64,000 nt of DNA from the NCBI GenBank assembly GCA_963775425.1, contig CAVZJB010000018.1, positions 1 to 64,000 of the forward strand, written 5' to 3'. Position numbers and translations under genes: made by a program. The first letter of the stretch is position 1. Each line of letters begins with the position of its first letter. Below the pieces are notes generated by a model, which was not told where the DNA came from, searched no databases, and saw only the letters and a program-made list of their open reading frames with translations. Of the stretch, positions 19,322 through 27,258 are shown piece after piece. This DNA is from an uncultured delta proteobacterium. Lineage in GTDB: Bacteria > Myxococcota > UBA727 > VGSZ01.

Positions 19322-20598
19322 GGCGCGCTCCTGCCGACGATGTGCAGCTCCACGCGGCGGTTCTGCCGGCGACCCTCGGGCGTGTCGTTCGGCGCTCGTG
19401 GCTTGTCGCGGCCCACGCCGACGGCGGAGAGGCGGCGCGGGTCCACGCCCGCGTCAACGAGGAAGCGCCGCACGTTCAGCGCGCGCCACAGGGAGAGCCG
19501 GCGGTTGTAATCGGCGTCGCCGCGGGCGTCGGCGTGGCCCTCGATGACCACGCGCGTGACCTCGGGGTGCGCCTGCAGCGCCTCGACGACCTCGCCGAGC
19601 GTGGGCGCGGCGTCTCTTTGGAGGCGGTCGCTCTCGGTGTCGAAGAGCACGACGTCGTCGGAGAACGTGATGGCGTCCTGCGCCACCGTCACCTTCGGCG
19701 CCGGCGCGGGCGGCGCGACCTTCGCGGGCGCGGCGGCGGGCGGCGGCGCGGGCGCGGGCGCGGGCGTGGGGGCCGCGACGACGACGACGGGGGGCGGGGC
19801 CGGATCGAGGAAGAAGCGCACGCCGGCGAACGCGCGCGCGCGGGGCGTGCCCACGCCGGCGACGAGGCCGCCGCCGGCGCCGGCGTAGACCTCGGCGGGC
19901 CCGAGGCGCGCGGCGGCCGACAGCGCCGCCTCGACGGGCGCGTCGCCCGCGGAGGCGGCGCCGAAGACGTCGGCGCCGACGGAGAACACGTCGCCGAGCG
20001 GCACCGAAGCGCCGGCGGCCCAGCGAAGCGCGACGCCGCTTTGGTCGATTTCGGTGCCGGCGTCGACGCCGGCGCGCAGCCAGGGGAGCGACACCGACGC
20101 GAGCAACGCGGGCTCGGCGACGAGGTCACCGGGGCCTTGCACGCTCGCCCGCGCCGCGAGCGCGAACGGGCCGGCGTCGACGATGAGGATCTTGAGCGAC
20201 AGGCGCGGGTCTGCGAGCGCGGGCACCATGCCGGCGGCGATGCCGTCGAACGAGGCCGCGCGGTTCTCGACGGCGCCGGCGGCGCGCAGCGAGAGCTCGA
20301 GGCGATCGAACAAGCCCACCGACGCCGCCAGCGTGGTCGTGGCCTGCTGCGCGACGATCGGCTTCACCACGGCGCCGTCGGGTCCTCGCAGCACCACCGG
20401 ATCCAGCGCCAGGCTCTCGACGGCGAGCGCGGTGACCCCGAGGTGCGGCGCGGGGCGCGCGTCGTCGGCGACGAGGAACCCGCGTCCGCCGGCCGGGGCG
20501 AAGCTGTCTGCGAGCGCGTCCACCTGCGGCGGCGCGGCCCGCACGGCGCCCGCGAGCGCGAGGGCGAGCGTGAGCAATGGTGTCGCTGCGTGCCGCAC
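19318..20598 (-). CDS. OmpA-family outer membrane protein (beta-barrel, Pro/Ala linker, OmpA_C)
   Basis: GGAGG before GTG; IEGHAD..G...N..LS..RA, NRRVE; stop overlaps the next ATG. Confidence 0.88.
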   Translation of the reverse strand: MRHAATPLLTLALALAGAVRAAPPQVDALADSFAPAGGRGFLVADDARPAPHLGVTALAVESLALDPVVLRGPDGAVVKPIVAQQATTTLAASVGLFDRLELSLRAAGAVENRAASFDGIAAGMVPALADPRLSLKILIVDAGPFALAARASVQGPGDLVAEPALLASVSLPWLRAGVDAGTEIDQSGVALRWAAGASVPLGDVFSVGADVFGAASAGDAPVEAALSAAARLGPAEVYAGAGGGLVAGVGTPRARAFAGVRFFLDPAPPPVVVVAAPTPAPAPAPPPAAAPAKVAPPAPAPKVTVAQDAITFSDDVVLFDTESDRLQRDAAPTLGEVVEALQAHPEVTRVVIEGHADARGDADYNRRLSLWRALNVRRFLVDAGVDPRRLSAVGVGRDKPRAPNDTPEGRRQNRRVELHIVGRSAP

Positions 20599-20684
20599 GG
20601 GCACCTCCCGGTCCTGCAATCGGCAGGCGCCCGGCCACCTTGATGGCGGTCGATGTGGGACCTGCCGGCTCACCCGCCCTCGAT

Positions 20685-21037
20685 GCGGGGGACGAGCCCC
20701 CGCCCTACGCGACCCGTACGACCCCCGCTTGGCCGACGACGCGACCCCGCTTGGCCGACGACGCGACCCCCGCTTGGCCGACGACGCGACCCCCGCTGGC
20801 CGACCCCTGCTTTGGCCGACGACGCGCCCCCCGCTTGGCCGACGACGCGACCCTCGCTGGCCGACCCCTGCTTTGGCCGACGACGCGACCCCCGCTTGGC
20901 CGACGACGCGACCCTCGCTGGCCGACCCCTGCTTTGGCCGACGACGCGACCCCCGCTTGGCCGACGACGCGACCCTCGCTGGCCGACCCCTGCTTTGGCC
21001 GACGACGCGACCCGTAGGGCGGGGGCTCGTCCCCCGC
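20685..21037. repeat. Inverted GTAG-REP pair (20685-20708, 21014-21037) enclosing a tandem array of 23-bp and 38-bp units
   Basis: GTAGGGCGGGGGCTCGTCCCCCGC in both orientations; 10 copies of TTGGCCGACGACGCG arranged A-A-A-B-A-B-A-B-A-B (61-bp higher-order period). Confidence 0.92.
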
Positions 21038-21062
21038 TTCGGCCGACGTCGACGATCGAGCT

Positions 21063-21602
21063 CTACGCTGGGCCGACGAGCTTGCCGTTCTTCGACAGGT
21101 CCGGGTCGGTGCAGGCGGCGAGGTTGAAGCAGCACGGGCGGCGCTTCCCGTTGCTCATCTTCGAGATGCTCACCTCGACGCGACGCTTGCGCGTATCCGG
21201 ATTCTTCGTCGCGTTGACCCACCGAACCCATTCCCATCGCGCCATCGGCGTAATCGCCTCCCAGAGCTCTCGGATGTTCCGAGGGGCGGACGACAGAGCT
21301 CTCCTCAAGTCGGGTGGCACGCTCGGCTCCGGCCACTCCTTCGTCGGCTCGACCTCGACGCTGACCGCATCGCCGGGGCTGACACCGGCGGCCTTTTGCA
21401 GCCCTCCGTCGACGCTCATCCAATGACCGAAGTCGCCGTCGGGCTCGAGGACCGTCTGAAACGGGTGCCCCTTGAGGGTCCCGTGCACAGCGACCTGGCC
21501 GCGCGAGGGGAGCTTCTTGCTCGCCGTCGCGGGCAAGTGGAGGATCGTCCGCCCGTGGGTCGTGTGCAGTGTGGCGTCGAAGCGAATGGTCGGAGTGGCC
21601 AT
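21063..21602 (-). CDS. DUF1905 + YdeI/OmdA-like domain protein
   Basis: LPSRGQVAVHGTL, WPEPSVPPDL, TPMARWEWVRW...KNPDTRKRR. Confidence 0.8.
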   Translation of the reverse strand: MATPTIRFDATLHTTHGRTILHLPATASKKLPSRGQVAVHGTLKGHPFQTVLEPDGDFGHWMSVDGGLQKAAGVSPGDAVSVEVEPTKEWPEPSVPPDLRRALSSAPRNIRELWEAITPMARWEWVRWVNATKNPDTRKRRVEVSISKMSNGKRRPCCFNLAACTDPDLSKNGKLVGPA

Positions 21603-21741
21603 GTGTCGAGTCATACCAGCCCGCGGGCGATCGCCCGAAGCCGCCGGCCGCGGGGGAGTCAGCGGGCCGGCGATGCTCGCGCTCGGCACCGGCTGCATAC
21701 CGGGTCGGCGGCGGCTATAGCGATCCCATCGGAGGTGCCGG

Positions 21742-22188
21742 ATGCCGGAGCCCACACAGGCACTGCGAATGGTTCTCGGCCACTTCATCGTCTCGGACGA
21801 CGTCGAGCGCTCTCGGCGCTTCTACAGCGAGGTGCTTGGCGGCAGGGTAGTGTTCTCCGGCGAGCCGACGTACGTCGCGCTCTCCAACAGTTGGATCATC
21901 ATCAACCGCGGCGGCGGCCCGACCGACGACAAGCCAGCGGTCACCCTGGAGACGCCACGCGACCCTGAACGCGTCAGCAGCTTCCTCAACATTCGGGTCG
22001 CAGACATCCACGCGGTGTACGCCGAGTGGAGCGCCCGCGGCGCTCACTTCTTGACGCCGCCGAAGCAGCACCAATACGAGATCCGTTGCTACCTCCGCGA
22101 TCCCGATGGCCATCTCATCGAGGTGGGGCAAACGACGGACCCGGAGCGAGACTGGTCACCTGCCCACTGGCCGTCCGGGACGCCGTAG
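21742..22188 (+). CDS. VOC/glyoxalase family protein
   Basis: VSDDVERSRRFYSEVLG, LNIRVADI, RCYLRDPDGHLIE. Confidence 0.88.
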   Translation: MPEPTQALRMVLGHFIVSDDVERSRRFYSEVLGGRVVFSGEPTYVALSNSWIIINRGGGPTDDKPAVTLETPRDPERVSSFLNIRVADIHAVYAEWSARGAHFLTPPKQHQYEIRCYLRDPDGHLIEVGQTTDPERDWSPAHWPSGTP

Positions 22189-22308
22189 AGCGAGGGCCTT
22201 CCTGCAGTGTGCGCACGGTGGCGTCGGGCAGATGCTGGCGCGAACGCCCTCGTGTGGTCGCTCGCGGGCGCATTCTCCGGGGACGAGATGGCCGCCATCG
22301 CAGGAAAT

Positions 22309-22676
22309 GCGGGGGACAAGCCCCCGCCCTACGTGTCGTCGGAGCCGACGTCGCGAACGGGTCGAGGGAGCCGACGTCGCGAATGGGGCGACGGAGCGAA
22401 CGTCGCGAACGGGTCGAGGGAGCCGACGTCGCGAATGGGGCGACGGAGCGAACGTCGCGAACGGGTCGAGGGAGCCGACGTCGCAAATGGGGCGACGGAG
22501 CGAACGTCGCGAACGGGTTGAGGAAGCCGACGTCGCGAATGGCGCGACGGAGCGAACGTCGCGAACGGCGCCGCGATGTCGCGAATGGGTTCGACAGGCG
22601 CGCCGGTGCGACGATTGCGAACCGCGCCGCGAAGCGACGGACGGCTCGGAGCGTAGGGCGGGGGCTTGTCCCCCGC
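22309..22676. repeat. Inverted GTAG-REP pair (22309-22332, 22653-22676) enclosing a 26-bp tandem array
   Basis: GTAGGGCGGGGGCTTGTCCCCCGC in both orientations; about nine 26-bp units from 22341, alternating GGAGCCGACGTCGCGAATGGGGCGAC and GGAGCGAACGTCGCGAACGGGTCGAG. Confidence 0.92.
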
Positions 22677-22724
22677 ATCCCCGCGCGGCGCCCGCCGGGT
22701 ACACGAGTGGCAACACCGGATGCC

Positions 22725-23243
22725 ATGCACACCATCGTCTCCCGCCGCGCTCCCCTGCGTCTTCGGCCTGACGTCTACGCCGATGTCAACGCGGTCTGTT
22801 CGGTCACGGTCGCCGTGAAGGGGCGCGTCCCAGTGTTCGCGGACCCGGCGGTTGCGCAAGCGGTTGCCGACACGCTTCGGGACCACGCCCGACACACCGG
22901 CGTGATCGTCGCCGCGCACTGCGTGATGCCTGATCACGTTCATCTCGTGGTGTCCCCGTCGGAGCGATGCGACGTCATCACCTTCGTGGGCCAGTTCAAG
23001 AACCTCGCGCAGCGGGCGGCCTGGAGACTCGGCGTCGCCGGTGCGTTCTGGCAGCCGCGCTTCTGGGATCACTTCGTCCGAAACAACGAGGACCTCGACA
23101 GTCCCATTCGATGCGTGCTCGAGAATCCGGTGCGCGCCGGGATCGTCGACGCCGCCGAGGACTACGCGTTCTCCGGGGTCGGCGGCGGCGTCGTGGCGCA
23201 AAAGGCGGGGGGCAAGCCCCCGCCCTACGGCTCGTCGACATAG
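22725..23243 (+). mobile_element. rayT: REP-associated tyrosine (Y1 HUH) transposase, RAYT
   Basis: VMPDHVHL (HUH), FK, FWQPRFWDH.VR, NPVRAG; flanked by inverted REPs at 22653 and 23205-23228. Confidence 0.9.
23205..23228 (-). repeat. GTAG-REP overlapping the RAYT 3' end
   Basis: GCGGGGGGCAAGCCCCCGCCCTAC, followed by one array-like unit AGCCGACGTCGCGAACGG. Confidence 0.85.
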
Positions 23244-23260
23244 CCGACGTCGCGAACGGC

Positions 23261-23346
23261 TCGAGGATTTCCGCGGAGTGCCCCCTTGAACGCGTGACGC
23301 GAGCAGAGCCGGGGTCGCCGGCCCAGGCGTGCGCGGTCCGTGGAGC
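23261..23346. repeat. Dispersed ~85-bp repeat, copy 2
   Basis: Matches 3603-3687 in the same orientation. Confidence 0.85.
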
Positions 23347-23487
23347 ACCGTGCGACGGCGAGGGCTCGCGTGTTTCGCGGAAGGAGCGCCGCCGGCGGGG
23401 ACGGCGGCGAGGTCCTTCCCCGCAGGGCGCCCGCCACCGGCACCTTGCAGCTGCTTGCGCCCAATCTCGGCGCGAAGAGAACCTGGG

Positions 23488-23623
23488 CGCCCGAGGGGAA
23501 GGGCCTCGTCGCCGGACCAGGCGGCGCGGCCCGTGGAGAAGAGGGCGAAGCGGAGACGGGGACGGGGGCGAGGTCCGCCCGAGGGGAAGGGCCTCGTCGC
23601 CGGATTAGGCGGCGCGGCCCGTG
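23488..23623. repeat. 48-bp direct repeat x2 separated by 40 bp
   Basis: CGCCCGAGGGGAAGGGCCTCGTCGCCGGAyyAGGCGGCGCGGCCCGTG at 23488-23535 and 23576-23623. Confidence 0.85.
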
Positions 23624-23633
23624 CCTCTCGGGG

Positions 23634-24311
23634 TCAACGCGCGCCGACGCCCCGACCCGTGAACGTCTGAAGCGCCGGCGGCAAGTGTCCCACATCGTCG
23701 AACGACACGAGGCTCGGCGTCCCGTCGGGCCACACAGCGACCACGGTCAGGGAGCAGTTGCCGATGTCGAGCAGCGGCCACAGCTTGGTGTCCGCGCCGA
23801 GCGTGCGCAGGAGCTCCCAGCGGATGACGTTTCCGTGCGAGACGAGGACGTCGTGGGTGTCGTGCGCCGGCGTGGCGTTGAAGTAGCGCACCCACTGAAG
23901 CGCCCGCGCCCGGTCGCACGCGGCTGCCCGCTCGGGTCCCTCGCGCGCGAGCAGGCCGGCGTCGACGGACGTCGGCGAGCACTCGTTGAGGGACGCGTCT
24001 CGCGAAGGCGTCATGTGCATCACCGCGCCCATGTCGTCCGCGGTTTGTTTGGCGCGCAACAGCTCGCTGCTGATCAGGCGATCGAAGTGCACGTGCAGCT
24101 CCGACAGGCGCCGGCCGGTGAGCTTCGCCTGCTCGTGACCGCGCTGGTTGAGCCCGTTGGCGACGCGGTCGTCGTGGGCTTTCGGATCGCGGTCGTAGCT
24201 GCCGTGGCGGACGAGGTAGATGAAGTGAACGCCGTGGCCCGGCGGCGGCGGGCCGGCGCGGCCAGCGACGCCGAAGGCGAGGACGAGCGAGAGCAGGAAC
24301 ATCGGCTTCAC
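23634..24311 (-). CDS. Secreted histidine phosphatase (PGAM5-like)
   Basis: Signal peptide, YLVRHG, SSELLRAKQTA, LVSHGNVIR, DVGHLP. Confidence 0.88.
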   Translation of the reverse strand: MKPMFLLSLVLAFGVAGRAGPPPPGHGVHFIYLVRHGSYDRDPKAHDDRVANGLNQRGHEQAKLTGRRLSELHVHFDRLISSELLRAKQTADDMGAVMHMTPSRDASLNECSPTSVDAGLLAREGPERAAACDRARALQWVRYFNATPAHDTHDVLVSHGNVIRWELLRTLGADTKLWPLLDIGNCSLTVVAVWPDGTPSLVSFDDVGHLPPALQTFTGRGVGAR

Positions 24312-24478
24312 CGGCACCTCCGCGCGACACGATACAGCCGGTGTCGCTCCTCGGAGCGCCCTCGCTTGCGCGGCGGACGCCGCTGTAGACTGGCCGCCCA
24401 CGCACGGGGTCCGCGATCGCACCGCCTCTTCCATCCCGCGCCGGGTCCGACGTCGAAGTCCATCTCGTCAATGGGCTC

Positions 24479-26650
24479 GTGGTCACCGGCAAGCTCGACG
24501 CCTTCTCGCCCACGCAAGGGACGCTCTCGCTGACGTCGGCGGACGGCACGCGGGAAGAGCCGAGCGACGCGGTCGCGTGGATCGCGTTTCGCACGGCGGC
24601 GGCGGCGCCGGCGGCCGGGGCCGAGGGCTTCCGCGTCCACGTCGCCGGCGGCCCGGTGCTCAACGTGCGCGTGCGCCCCGACGACGTGCGCTCCGAGCTC
24701 GGCTTCTACGCGGCCCCGGCGGGCAAGGACGACAAGGTGGCGGAGCTCTTCGTCTATGCCCACGCGGTCAACGGCACCGAGCGCGACGTGCCGCTCGGCG
24801 CCATGTTGATCGCCGAGGGCCTGCTCGACCCCGATGCGGTCTCGCGCGGCGTGGCGGCGCAGTCGAACGGGCGGCGGCTGCCGATCGGCGAGATCCTGGT
24901 GTCGATGAAGCGCGTCGACGCCGAGGCCGTGGAGAGCGCGCTGGCGACGCAACGGCACTCGAAGCTCCGCCTCGGCGACGTGCTCGTCGAAGCCGGCTTC
25001 GCGTCGGCGGCGGACATCGAGCTCGCCATGGCCGAGCAGCGGCGCCGGCAGGGGAAGCGCCTCGGCGAGGTGCTCGTGGAGATCGGCATCCTGAGCGAGC
25101 AGGACCTCGCGCGCGCGCTCGCGGCCAAGTTCCAGTTGCCGCTGGTGAACCTCGACGAGGTGGAGGTCAACGCGTCCGCGCTCGCGGAGGTGCCGGCGGA
25201 GATCGTGGGCAAGTACGGCGTGTTGCCCATCGACGTCGACGCCAAGGTGCTGACGGTGGCCATCGCCGACCCGCTCGCCACCGACGCCATCGACATGCTG
25301 CGCTTTCAGTGCCGCCGCCGTGTGCGCGTGGTGCTCGCGACCCAGTCGCAGTTGCGCTCGGCCCTGGAGGACGCGCACTACACGCGCGCGCTCCTGGTGG
25401 CGCAGCCGCCGTCGACGCCGGCGCCGGTGGTGCACGCCGGCTACGACTACCGCGACGACGACGTCGTCCGCATGGTCAACCAGCTCATCCTCAGCTCCGC
25501 GCAGCGCGGGGCCTCCGACATCCACATCGAGCCCCACGGCGACGATCGCCCCGTGCGCGTCCGCGTGCGCATCGACGGGCGCTGCGTCAACGCGCCGGAC
25601 ATCCCCGGGCGCCATCGCAGCGCGCTGGTCAACCGCGTGAAGATCCTCGCGAGCCTCGACATCGCCGATCGGCGGCGCCCGCAGGACGGCAAGCTCAAGG
25701 TCGTCGGCGACAACAACAAGAGCATCGACATCCGCGTCACCACCGTCCCCACCATCGAGGACAACGAAGACGTCGTGCTCCGCATCCTCACGGCGTCGCG
25801 CAGGCTCGGCTTCGAGGACCTGCAGTTGTCGCCGCACAACGCCGACGTCGTGCAGTCGTGGATGCGCCTCGACCACGGGTTGATCCTCTGCGTCGGACCC
25901 ACCGGCGTCGGCAAGACCACCACCGTGCACGCGATGCTCGGGATGTTGAACACCGACGAGCTCAAGGTCTGGACCGCGGAAGATCCCGTCGAGATCGTCG
26001 GCGCCGGCCTGCGCCAGGTGCACGTACAGCCCAAGATCGATCTCACGTTCGCCAACGCGCTCCGCACCTTTTTGCGCGCCGATCCCGACGTCATCATGGT
26101 CGGCGAGATGCGCGACCGGGAGACGGCGGCGCTCGCGGTGGAGGCGTCGCTCACGGGCCACCTCGTGCTGTCGACGCTCCACACCAAGAGCGCCGCGGAC
26201 ACCATCGGCCGCCTGCTCGACATGGGGCTCGATCCGCTCACCGTCGCCGACGCTCTGTCGGGGGTGGTGTCGCAGCGCCTGGTGCGCCGGCTGTGCGACA
26301 CGTGCAAGACCCACGACGTCGCCTCCCGCGACGAGATCGCCTCGCTCGAGCGCGTCTTCGGCGAAGACGTGGTGGCGCAGGCGCGCGCGACCATCGGCGA
26401 GCCCGTGCGCCTGTGGCGCGCCTCCGCGTGCGACGCGTGCGCCGGCTCCGGCTACGCCGGGCGCATCGCGTTGACGGAGGTGCTCACCGTCGACGATCGG
26501 GTGCGCGCGATGATCGCGCGGCGCGCCACCACCGACGAGCTGCGCGGCGTCGCGCAGGAGGGCTGCGTGAGCCTCAAGGGCGACGGCCTCGCCAAGGCGC
26601 TCGCGGGCTACACCGACGTCCTCGAGGTCATCGCCGTCACCGGCGGGTGA
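24479..26650 (+). CDS. GspE/PilB-family secretion ATPase with multiple MshEN-like repeats
   Basis: RLGDVLVEAG and RLGEVLVEIG, ASDIHIEP, PQDGK, GPTGVGKTTT, TAEDPVE, LRADPDVIMVGEMRD, TGHLVLSTLH, Zn CxxC pairs. Confidence 0.93.
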   Translation: MVTGKLDAFSPTQGTLSLTSADGTREEPSDAVAWIAFRTAAAAPAAGAEGFRVHVAGGPVLNVRVRPDDVRSELGFYAAPAGKDDKVAELFVYAHAVNGTERDVPLGAMLIAEGLLDPDAVSRGVAAQSNGRRLPIGEILVSMKRVDAEAVESALATQRHSKLRLGDVLVEAGFASAADIELAMAEQRRRQGKRLGEVLVEIGILSEQDLARALAAKFQLPLVNLDEVEVNASALAEVPAEIVGKYGVLPIDVDAKVLTVAIADPLATDAIDMLRFQCRRRVRVVLATQSQLRSALEDAHYTRALLVAQPPSTPAPVVHAGYDYRDDDVVRMVNQLILSSAQRGASDIHIEPHGDDRPVRVRVRIDGRCVNAPDIPGRHRSALVNRVKILASLDIADRRRPQDGKLKVVGDNNKSIDIRVTTVPTIEDNEDVVLRILTASRRLGFEDLQLSPHNADVVQSWMRLDHGLILCVGPTGVGKTTTVHAMLGMLNTDELKVWTAEDPVEIVGAGLRQVHVQPKIDLTFANALRTFLRADPDVIMVGEMRDRETAALAVEASLTGHLVLSTLHTKSAADTIGRLLDMGLDPLTVADALSGVVSQRLVRRLCDTCKTHDVASRDEIASLERVFGEDVVAQARATIGEPVRLWRASACDACAGSGYAGRIALTEVLTVDDRVRAMIARRATTDELRGVAQEGCVSLKGDGLAKALAGYTDVLEVIAVTGG

Positions 26651-27258
26651 CGACGTTCAGCCGGCGAAGCGCGGCGCGCCGACCGCGGCGCGAGGTGCCG
26701 CGCGCGTCCTACGACGGCGTGCGGCCCTACGCCGCCTGGCTCGCGACCATCGCGCGCAACGCGCTCGTGGACCGCGCGCGCGCCGAGGCCAAGCACAAAA
26801 ACGTGGCCGGCGTCGACGACCTCGGCGACTTCGCCGACGCCTCGACGCAGGACCCGACGTGGCGCATCGAGCACGAGCAGCTCATGCGCGTGGTGAACCG
26901 CGTGCGCGCCGAGCTTGGTGAGCCCGACGCGTCCATCTATCGGCTGCGGGTGGAGCAGGGGATGAGCTTCTCCCAGACCGCCAAGGCCCTGGGGCTCACC
27001 GAGGTGGTGACGTTCGGCGAGCTCCAAAGCGACTTCGCCAGGGACAAGGTCCTCGACGCCGACAAGGCGTTCGCCGTGGAGGGCTGGCGCACCGCCGCCA
27101 CCGTCACCGGCGTCGGCGCAGTGGTGACGGGCGTCGCGGGCGCGGCGCTCTATCTGTGGTCGATGTCGCTCGATCGCGGCGCGCTCGTCGCCGGCCCCCC
27201 GAGCCCCAACGGCCCCCCCCGACAAGGCGCGTCCCCGGACGCCGGGGGCCGCCCATGA
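26647..27258 (+). pseudogene. Chimeric remnant: internal part of an ECF sigma factor fused to a membrane-anchored C-terminus
   Basis: YDGVRPYAAWLATIARNALVD (sigma region 2 end) and GMSFSQTAKALGL (region 4 HTH start), then an abrupt switch to ...TAATVTGVGAVVTGVAGAALYLW. Confidence 0.6.

Noticed and set aside
15659-19510. Very long alternative-frame ORFs (also 12571-14055, 33201-36215, 36920-39943, and the 5' parts of 10205-13945 and 38276-42337)
   Set aside because: Arg/Ala/Gly-rich shadow frames of real genes, expected in high-GC DNA, with no motifs.
20720-21013. Array as a CRISPR
   Set aside because: The sequences between repeats are themselves repeated, so there are no unique spacers, and no cas genes are present.
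22341-22590. Array as a CRISPR
   Set aside because: Contiguous 26-bp tandem units with no spacers.
20577-23348. Repeat-protein ORFs crossing the arrays (e.g. 20577-21017, 22106-22771, 22026-22724)
   Set aside because: Translations of non-coding tandem repeats that happen to be open in several frames.
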